From the human T2T-CHM13v2.0 reference genome, Homo sapiens: a stretch of 64,000 nucleotides of DNA. The stretch lies in NCBI RefSeq assembly GCF_009914755.1, contig NC_060947.1; one strand, written 5' to 3'. Positions 42,841-54,617 of the stretch are shown one piece after another (within the stretch, counting starts at the first letter, position 1; each line of letters begins with the position of its first letter). The position numbers and the translations under genes were made by a program. The notes beneath the pieces were generated by a model. The model was not told the origin of the DNA. It was given only the letters and a program-made list of their open reading frames with translations, and ran no database searches.

Positions 42841-44424
42841 ATCTTATTTATGACTAGTTTTTTGGGGAGTTTAGGGGTGGGTAGAAATCAGAAAACCAGA
42901 GGTCTCCACTCCACTGTAGGAAGTTTGCATAAACTAAAACATATTAAAAAGTTAAATCTACTACTTACCCACAAAATCGAGTAATACATTCCCAAAATGA
43001 TGTAATAGTATAAGATTTAGCTCTTATTTTGGACCCATAACCCTACTCAATTTTTTTGAATATGCAAGTGCTGTTAAAAACATCAATTTCCCCACTCTTT
43101 AAAGTTTTACCGTATACTAATATTAATGTTCACCTCTCCCAGCTCAACAACTTAAAAGAGCAGTTCTCTAATTGTGAGTCAGCCTGTAGCTCTGACTACA
43201 ATACAATGAGAAGTTGCGTGATAAACCAACATAAGCAGATAGCTGGATATCAAGCAATCTAGGTTCTATCCCTATTTCCACCACTAACTTGTGCCACCTT
43301 AGACCATATTTTCCTTCCTATATGTAGGTTGCATAATTTGTGAATGTTTATAATAGCTTTTAGTACCTAATTTATCATCAATACTCTAAGATTCTCTGAG
43401 AGTCTTTGGTAACTAAGAAAAGAGTGCTGGTTTGTTTTGCTTTGCCTAATTCTATTCTGTAACAACCTCATTACAAAGCTCATATCGTAGTTTAATTTGA
43501 ATCCTTGCAACACTGTACCTAGCAAGGAATTACTTGTATCCTAGTTTGAACCACATCAAGGCTTTAAAGTAATGTTTTACTAATGTGACAATCATTCAGT
43601 ATCTTAAATTTTTTTAGGAAATGTGTGCAGAATTATTACTTAAGTTAATCTTATTGACTAAATTAAATGGGGCACACATACACACTGAAGCTTCAAGTGT
43701 TTATGCCATTGATTATTTTAAAAGATAATGGAAGAATTAACATGATATTTAACATTCATTTCAAATAACATTTTCCATACAATAAGTGAAGAAAGAGAAG
43801 GTTTAAAATAATGGTTTTTCCTTATCCAGGAAGAAGTGGTCTCAGATGCTTGCTATTGAAGACATGGATGTTCTTAGTCCAATTCTCTTCCTAAAAGGAT
43901 ATAGAAGACAGTTGACTCTTTCTTATACATACACTCACCTGAATCTGAAGAATGAGCAAGAAACTGCCAAAAAGAACTCTGAGTAACCATATGCCTTCCT
44001 TCTGTTTGTCTACTATGCAAGACTATTCCATAGCATATTAAGATGTTTCCTCCAAACTAGCAAGTAGGATCTAGATTTAATCTTCAACTATTCAATACCG
44101 ATTCTACAAAAGCATAGAGGTGAACAGAGTGCTGGGACCTACAGTGTCATTTCTTCCCCCTATTACCTTAATGAATGTAGCCAGTTTGCTTACTTCACTT
44201 TTGCTCTTGGATATTGACAACTGGCTGTCTTCTTCTTCAGGTGGTCAGGTGCTAGTTGTTACTCAGTGAATCCCCAGTTCTCTAGGCTTCTCTGAGAGAT
44301 AGCCAAGACTTGTTTTCAGTCACCAATGCCTTTAATCAAACTCGCTTAAATAGCAACCCAGTTTTTACCACATGCCAAAGTCTATCACTGACAGAAATTT
44401 TAATGTTTCATCTAACCCACATCT

Positions 44425-44672
44425 CCCTCAAAACTTTGCTAAAATGCCATTTTTTTCTGTGATTACTTCCGTTTATTTTTCTCCGTAGCTTTCTTCACCT
44501 TATGACCTATAATATAATGTACTAATTATGTTTGTTTTCACTTTTCCTACACTAGTACATGAGCTCTAATAAGGCAGAGGTTTTTGCCTGTATACTTCAC
44601 TGATATATTCTTGGAACACAGAAGACTACCAGGTATATAGAAAGTGCTCATAAAAATTTGTTGAATTAATTA
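44425..44672 (+). mobile_element. L2 3' end
   Basis: CACTAGTACATGAGCTCTAATAAGGCAGAGGTTTTTGCCTG..GTGCTCATAAAAATTTGTTGAATTAAT. Confidence 0.75.
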
Positions 44673-46434
44673 ATCTAGCACAATTGATTTTATATCACAC
44701 CTTTTTGATGTTGACAGTTATCTGAATTAAATAAATTGGATCCATACCTCCTTGTATTTCTGATAGAGTTTTAATGACTGGTCCTACCTCTTACAGATGA
44801 GGTCATCTCCCTTCATGTTCATAGTCTTCATGCTTTAGTAGCAGAGATTTTTCTTGGTTCTCCCCTTCTTTTCTCAGAAGTGTCCTGAATACTTCATGTA
44901 TCACTCTAGTGGAGAAGAATCCAGGAATGGCCACGTTACAATACACATATTTTATGTTTCACAAAACCTGTCAATAAACTCACATTTTTGTAAAGCTTTT
45001 TGAAATTTGTTTCATTCAGTTTTTTGACTTTTCTCTGTACCATATTTTATCTTTCTCTCTTTATTTGAACACACACACTGGTATCCACAGGTGCATGTGG
45101 CCTCTTTTTTTTTTTTTAAGTTTATACATACACTTTCTCTCCTTGAAAACAGATAGCAAGTTTTCTTGAGGAGATTGCTCACTTATTATAGGCACTCTCC
45201 CACCCCTGTCTTACATCCCCAAATGGATTTAGTTCTCCTCAAACTATGCAAAGTCACCTAATTAAATAAAAGCCATCGTATTTCTAAGAAATATTATCTA
45301 CCATGTGTTTCCAAAAGAAAAATGATCTGGAGAGCTATGGAATTTGGCATTCAAAGATCAGGATCAGAAGAGAGAATCTTCAGGATGTTGGAAAAATGAG
45401 AACACAAGTGTCATTTTTCCTTGTGTTTTTATTGGAAGCTTGATGGGGACTTTGGCTACATCTGTGCTGACTGCATAAGCACATACAAGAACAATGTGTA
45501 CTTTCTCAGCTGAGTGGCTTTTTAATGTGCAGTTTCCTGCAGTGATTCTGCTTAAGCAAGGCCTTAGAAAAGATGAGGAACAGCTAAAGAACAAAACACA
45601 CAGCATGTTACTCTGTGGCCTCATCAAAGGTATCTCAATTTAGAAGGTAAATTACAAGCTAAAAAAATCTGTGATTTGTATTCTTTCAAAGAAAGTAACA
45701 GAAAACTCAAGCAACTTTTTTTACATACATAATTTTTTCCTCAAAACACTCAAGTAATACAAAAACTAAGAAGTTCTGGAAAAGGGCCCATTTACTACTT
45801 CTAGCCTTCCTACCTTCAGTAGTTTGTCATGTAATGAAGGGGTCTATACCTCCTCACTTCCGTGGTGTTATGTTTAGCCATTGCTACACATGGTAAACTT
45901 GTTTTAGCCCCCAGTTGTTACAGTTTTAATAAATACTACCTGAAATTTCTATATGGAAAAATCTATTTTTCTTAAAACTTTCCCAGGTTTTCAGCATTCC
46001 TAATACCAGATCAAGTTCAGCATTCATTACATACTGTGCACAGAATCAGTATATCATGCCCTACTCAAATGATGCAGCCCTGGTGTGGAATATGGTGAAT
46101 CTGACTGTATTACCCCCACTTTTTTGTCTTCTTTGGGGCTTTCTAATTCAAACATCAAGGCATTGGTAGCTTTGAATCTCTAAAAAGAGTGGCTAAAACT
46201 CTATCCCTTTTCCTTCTGAGACTCCACGCTTCTATCCAAATCATTCTTACACTTTTCCTGCATCTTCCAAGGTCTGGGGTGAACGCATTCAAAATGTTTG
46301 GTAACATGCTATCCTGAAAACTGTGTGTGCCTACGTATTAGTATATCACTAGCAAATAGAGTGTAGATACATATATGACAGAATTAAGAAATATCCCTCT
46401 CTGTTTTCCCTCTATATATGTGTATGTGTGTGCA

Positions 46435-47715
46435 TTTGACAATAGATTTGTATCATTATTATATAAAGAACTCTTACAAATAATAAAAACAAATTCAAAT
46501 AAAAATGAGCAAAAGACTTGGACAGACACTTGAATAAGTAGAAATAGAAGTGGCCAATAAAAACAAGAAAGATGTAAAATTAGCATTGATAATTATAAAA
46601 ATTCAAGTTAAATACACAATGATATAGCGCTACATCCACTGGAATGGCTACAATTTAAAAGAATAACAACATTCAATTTTAGAGAGTTGGAGAGCTGGTA
46701 GATCTCTCGTATACTCCTGGTGGGAGCGCAAAATGGCACAACTTCATGACTAAAGAAACATGAAAACATGTGCCTACACAAAAATTTGTACAAAGATGCT
46801 TATAGCCACTCAGTCATGACAGAAATATGTTGAAAATTATCCATCTATCAGCTCCTTTAAGCACTTCTCTGTATTGGTTTTTCTAGTTATACATTCATCT
46901 AAATTTTCTTAAGAAAATGTGGCACATATATACCATGGAATACTATGCAGCCATAAAAAAGGATGAGTTCATGTCCTTTGTAGGGACATGGATGAAATTG
47001 GAAATCATCATTCTCAGTAAACTATCGCAAGGACAAAAAACCAAACACCGCATGTTCTCACTCATAGGTGGGAACTGAACAATGAGAACACATGGACACA
47101 GGAAGGGGAGCATCACACTCTGGGGACTGTTGTGGGGTGGGGGGAGGGGGGAGGAATAGCATTAGGAGATATACCTAATGCTAAATGATGAGTTAATGGG
47201 TGCAGTACACCAACATGGCACATGTATACATATGTAACTAACCTGCACATTGTGCACATGTACCCTAAAACTTAAAGTATAATAATAATAAAACAAAATA
47301 AAATAAAGAAAATTACCCATCTATTTATCAGCAAAAGAATAAATAAAAAACTGTAGAACCTCTACACATAAACTCCTATTCAACAACCAAAAAAAGACTA
47401 CTGAGAACTGCAATGACATGAATGAATCTAATAAACACTATACTCAGTTAAAGAAGCCAGACCCAAAATAGTCACCACCATATGATTCCATTTTTTCAAA
47501 TTCTATCTATAAAAATATAAATCAGAAAAGTGATTGCCTCTGTGAGGTGCAGGGGACACAAGAAAACTTTCTACGACGATGGCAATGTTCTGCATCTTGA
47601 TTGGGGTGTTGGGTGTTAGGTGTAGACATTTGTCAAAACTAATCAAAGGGTGCATTTAAGATCTGTGCATTTTACTGAATGTAATCATAACTCAAATACA
47701 TTTTTTTAAAAAATG
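46435..47715 (+). mobile_element. Ancient L1M (L1ME/MD-like) 3' region, interrupted by a young L1PA
   Basis: ATATAAAGAACTCTTACAAAT..GCAAAAGACTTGGACAGACAC; ATGAATGAATCTAATAAAC..AAAGAAGCCAGAC..ATATGATTCCATT; GACATTTGTCAAAACT..ATCTGTGCATTTTACTG. Confidence 0.8.
46849..47307 (+). mobile_element. 5'-truncated, 5'-inverted young L1 (L1PA2/3-like); inverted piece from ORF1
   Basis: 46849-46907 is antisense ORF1 (CAGCTCCTTTAAGCACTTCTCTGTATTGG..CTAAATTTT); 46909-47307 is the sense 3' end. TSD GAAAATTATCCATCTAT (46832-46848) vs GAAAATTACCCATCTAT (47308-47324). Confidence 0.92.
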
Positions 47716-49684
47716 TTATAACCAAAGTTGATTAGATATTAGCCTGAACGAAGTTTAGATACTGATTTTCATTTCTAAAGCTATACACAGTGGCCTTGCT
47801 AATTTCTATCTTAAATTAATTCCAAAATATAAGAGTCACACAGAAGAGCGAATAGTCAATTGTAATATGAAAAGGTGAGCAAACTTCTTTACATATAATA
47901 CACGTGGAAAATTTTCATTTCTTTAAAATAAAACTGGAAAGTAGATCCTTATGATAGTTTCATATCTGATAAATATTGAAATTAAAATGTTAACTTATTC
48001 ATTTATCAGGAAAACATATTTTTTGGAAGTACAATTAAAATCAAGGGAAGTTTTTTTCAATGTCTTTTTCCAAAGAACATCTGCCCACAGGTGAATCGCC
48101 ATTCTCCCCCCTGAAGACAAAACACTGCCGCCACTGTTACAGCTACACTTTTCCAGTTAACTCAAGTATCTAAAGTCCCACTGAAAATTTCATATCACAA
48201 GACAGCATAATATATAAAATATGTAAAATCGGTGTTACTCAAGTTGAAGAGTATGGGAGAAGTCTGAGGTTCAGCCCTAGGTGGTCCTTTTGTGCCACCC
48301 CTCCCCAACCGACAGTTATACCTGAAGACACTGATTTCTTTGTCCAAGTCTGAGGCATGACTTTAAAAATCACTGAGCAATTCAAAGATGGGTATTCATA
48401 ATAAAATGAGTATTCCTTTGGGCATAAAATGTATACACTTACGCTCTGAAAGCTGTTCAGCCACAAGAATCATTAGCAGGGTTAAGAAATATGTGTATGG
48501 GACTTATGAGTCATATAACAGTACATTAAAGAAGAGGAATAAAGACAGAAATGTGAGATGGAAATAATGGGAAGAGAGAGAGGAGAGATAAGCCAAAATA
48601 ATGGGAAGCTTCTGGTGGTAAGCTTTAGATTGTTACTGCCAGTAACTGTTGATGAAGTACTAGTACATTAGATTTTTGACATGTGTGCAAAGAATTTTTC
48701 TTTTATTTTCTTCTGAGCCTCAGTCTGGAGCATTTTATTCTTCAGGAGACTCTGGTGGCATGGCTATGTGGAGAACACCTGATTTAGATCAAGAGACAAG
48801 CCTAAATACTAGCCCTCAATTTCATGGAAAAAAATCAATTAATAAAAAAATTAACTGGTGTTTGGCTTCCAGAATATTAATTATCTCAGAGGCTCTGTAG
48901 GTCTGAGATAGATGGATAAGATCTACTACAAGTTGAAAGTAGATAAGAGACTTCTGAATGATAAAAGTGACAATGGGTGAATGAGTAAAGAGTAAATTGT
49001 CACCTTTATAAAGAATGTCCTGGAAGCTCCAGGGGTTAACATGTCTCTCTGAGCTGACTCCCTTCAGGTCTCTAAAAGAAAGGCCCACACAAAGTCAACC
49101 TAAAGCCAGAATTTATTCTGTTAACTCATTCCCTTTAACCACCCCCTAAAAATCCTCTTAATACTGATGTTCCAGCACCTGAGTCAGCTCTAGCCTGAAC
49201 TGAGAAGTCTGCAAAGTTTATTTTGCAGATCCTTTTCTGTAGACCTCTTTGAGTGTTCCTCATCTCCTTTCGTGCCCATTTTATTTTCTATGTTCATGCT
49301 ATTAATATGAAGAACACATTTCCATCAGTAGCATATCTTATTGTAACAACTACTATTGTTCGTAATAAGTCTTAAATATAACGGTGGGATGCTTGTTTAC
49401 AGTTTCAAAATTCTCTCTCTCATAAGAACTTAATCTCACAGATTATAATCAGTACCTTACTCTAGTAAGTCCTTATTCAGCAATACCTGACTCCCTTAAT
49501 TTTTCTCCACTTATCTTTCTCATTAAAATATAACTGCATTCTTTGTACAGAGCCAAACTCTCTGTAGAGTGAGTGTTGATGTTCATTTGGTAATGAGATG
49601 AACTAACATATCTCCTTTGGTAAGCAGCAACAAATTAAAGTGCTGTTAAACATGCCAGTTATGTACCTAGACAAGCAGATGACA

Positions 49685-49890
49685 ATTCAAGTTTCACTAT
49701 GATTCATTTACTATCTGACTTTGGGAAATGTATTAATATATTAATCATCTCTGAGCCTAAGTTTCCTTGTGTATGAAGTGTGAATCATGAACAAATCCCC
49801 AAGCCAACTCAACTTAATAAAGTGAGCACTAAGAGGATTAAATAGATAATGGATTTAAACAACTTATAGCATAGAACAGCAGCTATCATT
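49685..49890 (+). mobile_element. MIR
   Basis: TGACTTTGGGAAA..TTAATCATCTCTGAGCCTAAGTTTCCTTGTGTATGAAGTG..AGGATTAAATAGATAATG. Confidence 0.65.
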
Positions 49891-49897
49891 TACTAAA

Positions 49898-50238
<341 letters not shown>

Positions 50239-51160
50239 TAAAAATTCTTGGCTATTAGGCTCTGGGAAAATATAAATTGAGTCCTTTCACATTCTCATAT
50301 CAAAATATGCAGGCAGCTGTATCATGTACTCAGATAGAAGGTTGGCCTTCATGGAAACTAGAAGACAAAAATTAATTTGGAAAATGCTTGGGTTCCTCAG
50401 AGTGAATTTTTCTGAAGCATAACGGCCCCCGTAGCTAAAGTAACAATCATGCACTCAGCAAACATTACTTAAGCATATTCTAACATAATGGATACTATTC
50501 TAGGAACTATGTACACAGTAGACTGTGTGGTGCCTCTGAAGAGCTCACAATTTTCATAGAGAATACATAGGGATATGTGTAAGTAGTGAGGAAATGAATC
50601 GAAATCAACTTGGGGAACAGTTGGAGGCTTTTTGGAGAAGCTGGCATTTGAACTGGTCCTAGAAGAATGAATAATAAAGAGTCCAACAGACAAATAAAAA
50701 CAAGGTTATTGCTAATTTATGGGGGGTGGGGGGATTGAGGTGGTATCTATTTTTAAGTCTTTATTATAGCCCAAGGCAACATATAATCTTTTAAGTAATT
50801 CAACATCAAGATGGCATAAGCAATGGTGATTGTTTCTTTTGAATATGCATATAGATCTATCTGGCTGTGGGTGGGTTTCTTCCATGATATTTTGCATAGT
50901 TTTCCAGGGAACTATTAGGTATTCTACATTAACCATGCTTTTTTAGGGGAGGCTTTTCTTACCTCTTTAAATTCTATTTTGTAAATCATCACAGTTGGAA
51001 TGTGAGGATGTGTTAACCCTAATGGAGGGTCCGAGTGAGAATATGATACTAAATTTCCGGTGGACCATTAAACAAAGGAAGTTGCAGAATATTATTTCCT
51101 AGAAAGCTGGCCAATCCTGGTGGTGAATTGATGAATTACACCAATCTAAATTTCAATTTA

Positions 51161-54100
51161 GGGTGGGGGAGGCAGATTAAGATGGCCAAATAGAAGGCTC
51201 CACTGATTGTCTTCCCCATAGGAATGCCAAATATAATAACTATCTACTCAAAAAAGTACTTTCATAAGAACAAAAAATCAGGTGAGTGATCACAGTGCCT
51301 GGTTTTAACTTCATATTGCTGAAAGAGGTACTGAAGAGGGTATGAAAGACAGTCTTGAATTTCCGACACCACTGCTCCCATTCCTGATTACTGGCCATGT
51401 TGGATGGAGAGAGAATCTGTTTGGTCGGGAAGAGCACAGCGATTGTGGGAGTTTGCACTGGAACACTGTGATGCCAACACTGGGCAGAACTCAACTGATA
51501 CCTATAGAGGGAGCATTTAAGACGTCCTAGCCAGAGGGCAAACACCCATCCCAATGATCAAAACTTGAGTTTTAACAAACCTCATCAGTGTGGGCTAAAG
51601 TGCTCTGGGATCCTAAAGAAACTTGAAAGGCATTCTGGGCCACAAGGACTGCAACTCTTAGGCAAGTCTTAGTGCTATTCTAGGCTTGGAGCCACTGGAC
51701 ATGAGGCTCATGCTACCTATTCAGACACCAGCCAGGGCAACTAAAGGAGTACTTGTGCCATCCCATCCCATGACACTAGTCAGTGCAGCTTTCAACTCCA
51801 AAAGAGGCTCCTTCTTGCTGCTTGAGAAGAGGAAATGGGGGAGTAAAGAGGTCTTTGTTTGGAGACTTGGTTACTAGCTCAGCCCCAGCAGGACAGAGCA
51901 CTGGGCAGAGTTGTGAGGGTGCCATTCCAGGCCCTAGCTCCCAGATGTCATTTTTAGACAAAGCATGGGCCAGAAGGGAACATGTTGACTTGAAGGGAAG
52001 GACCTAGTCCTGGCAGGACTCATAATCTGCTTACCAAAGAGCCCTTGGGCCATGAATAATCAGCAGCAGTAACTAGATAGTGCTCACCCTTGGCCCTGAA
52101 AGAGACTGACATGTGCTGGCTTCAGGTGTAGCCCAACACATTCCCAGCTGCAGTGGCTATGAAGAGATACCTTCTGCTTAAGAAAAGCAGAAGGAAGAGT
52201 AAGGGGGACTTTGTCTTGCATTTTGGGTACCAGCTTGTCCACAGTAAGGTAGAACACCAAGTGGGCTCATGGGGTCCTGGATTCCAGGCCTTGGCTATTG
52301 GATAACATTTTTGAACTGGCCCTGGGGCAAAGCAGAGCCCACTGGCATGAAGGGTGAGGCCCAGGCCTGGCAACATTAATCACAAGCCAACTGAAGAGCC
52401 CTTGGGCCTTAAGTAAGCATTGGCAGTGGCCTGATGGTACTGTCTGTGGGCCTGTTTTGGCAGTTGAAACAGGGAGGGAAACCTCTGCCTGGGGAAAGGG
52501 GAAGGAGAAATGGGAAGGAATTTGTCTTGTGAGTTGAGTGCCTGGTCAGCCTCAGTAGAATGGAGCACTAGGAACATGTCTATGGTTTCTGACTCAAGGT
52601 TCTGGCTCCTGGATGGCATCTCTGAACCTGTCCAGGGCCCAGGGGTTCCTGCTGCCCTGAAGAGAAAAACATAATCCTGGCTGACTTCACCTACTGCTGC
52701 TTATAGAGCCTTAGGGCCTTGAGTGAACATAAGCATTAGCCATGTATTGGTTACAGTGAACCTTGGACAAGACCCAGTGCTGTGCTGGTTTCAGGTCTGA
52801 CTCATATCAGTGCAAATGGTGATGACAACAGAGGTGCTTGTGTCAAACCTTCCCCAACTACAGTTAGCTAAGCACAAAGAGAGACTTAATTTGCTTAAGA
52901 GAAAGTAAGGGAAGAGAAAAAGAGTCTCTGCTTGGTAATCCAAATAATTCTTCTGGATCTTATCCAAGGCCACCAAGGTTGTAATTCTATGAGTCTACAA
53001 TAAACACAGCATTCCTAGGCTTGGGGTACCCCCCAGTGCAGATATGGCTGCAGTGACCAGAAACTTAGATAATAACACTCAAGTTACTTCCAATATATGA
53101 AAAGCTTTCCCAAGACAGCCGGGTAAAAACAAGCTCGAACTGTAAAGACTAAAATAAGTACCTAATTCTAGAATGTCCGTACACCAATGAACATCCACAA
53201 GCACCAAGACCATCCAGGAAAACATAATCTCACCAAAGGAACTAAATAAAGCACAAGGGATCAATCCAGAAGAGACAGAAATATGAAAATTTCAGACAGA
53301 AATTTTTAAAGAGCTGTTTTCAGGAAACTTAATAAAATTTAAGATAATGCAGAGAAGAAATTCAGAAGTCTACCAGATAAATTTTAAAAAGATTGAGATA
53401 ATTAAGATGAATCAAGGAGGAATTTGGAGTTGAATATTGGAATTGACATACTGAAGAATGCATCAGAGTCTCTTAATAGAATTGATCAAGGAGAAGAAAG
53501 AATTAGTGATCTTGAAGACCAGAAATGTGAAAATACGCAGTCAGAGGAGACAAAAGAAAAAACAATAAAAACATGAAGCATTCCTGTAAGATCTATAAAA
53601 TAGTCTCAAAAGGGAAAATCCAAGAGTTATTGGAATTAAAGAGGAGGTAGAGAGAAGAAGAGTAGAAACTTTACTTGAATGAATAACAGAGAATTTCCCA
53701 AACCTACAGAAATATGTCAGTTCTAAGCCCAAGAAGGTTCGAGCACATCAAGCAGATTTAACCCAAATAAGACTACCTCAAGGCATTTCATAATCAAACT
53801 CCCAAAGGTTAAGGATACAAAAAGTATCCTAAAAGAATCAAGGAAAAGAAACAAATAACATACAACAGAGCCTCAATATTTCTGGCAGCAGACTTTTCAG
53901 TGGAAACCTTACAGTCCAGGAGAGAATGGCATAATATATTTAAAGTGGTGATAAAAAAAAATTACACTAGAATAGTATACCTGGTGAAAATATACTTTGA
54001 ACATGAGAGAGAAATAAAAAGTTTCCAGGCAAACAGAAGCTCAGGGGTTTAATTAACACCAGACCTGCCCTACAGGAAATATTAAAGACATTTCTTCAAT

Positions 54101-54617
54101 CTGAAAGAGAAAAAATGTTAACGAGCAATAAAAAATCTTCTAAATGTACAAAACTCAATGGTAATAGTAAGTTTACAGAAATGTACAGAATATTATAACA
54201 TTATAATTGTGGTTTGTATACTACTAATCTTAAGTAGAAAGATAAAAAGATGAACTAAAAATAAAAATAACAACTTTTTAAGGCATTGACTGTACAATCA
54301 GATATAAATAGAAACAAACAAAATTTTAAAAAAACAAGGGGATAAAGTTAAATTGTAGAGTAATTATTAGTTTTCTTTTGGGTGATTTTTTGTCTCTTTA
54401 TTCTATTGTTTAAGTTGTCATCAGTTTAAAATAACAAGCTGTAAGATAGTGTTTGAAAGCCTTTTGGTAGCCTCAAATTAAAAAAAAACATACAAATACA
54501 CAAAAAATAAAAAGCAATAAATTAATCATATCACCAGAGAAAATTACCTTCACTGAAAGGAAAACAGGAAGGAAGAAAAGAAGGAAAAGAAAACAACAAA
54601 ACAACCAGAAAACAAAT
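51161..54617 (+). mobile_element. LINE-1 (L1M1/L1MA-type) 5'UTR, ORF1 and inter-ORF spacer; ORF2 and 3' end absent
   Basis: GGGGGAGGCAGATTAAGATGGCCAAATAGAAGGCTCC start, homologous to 36476 in reverse; ORF1 remnant ~53173-54120 (AAGACCATCCAGGAAAAC, GCAGACTTTTCAGTGGAAACCTTACAG); ends at ACAACCAGAAAACAAAT. Confidence 0.88.
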
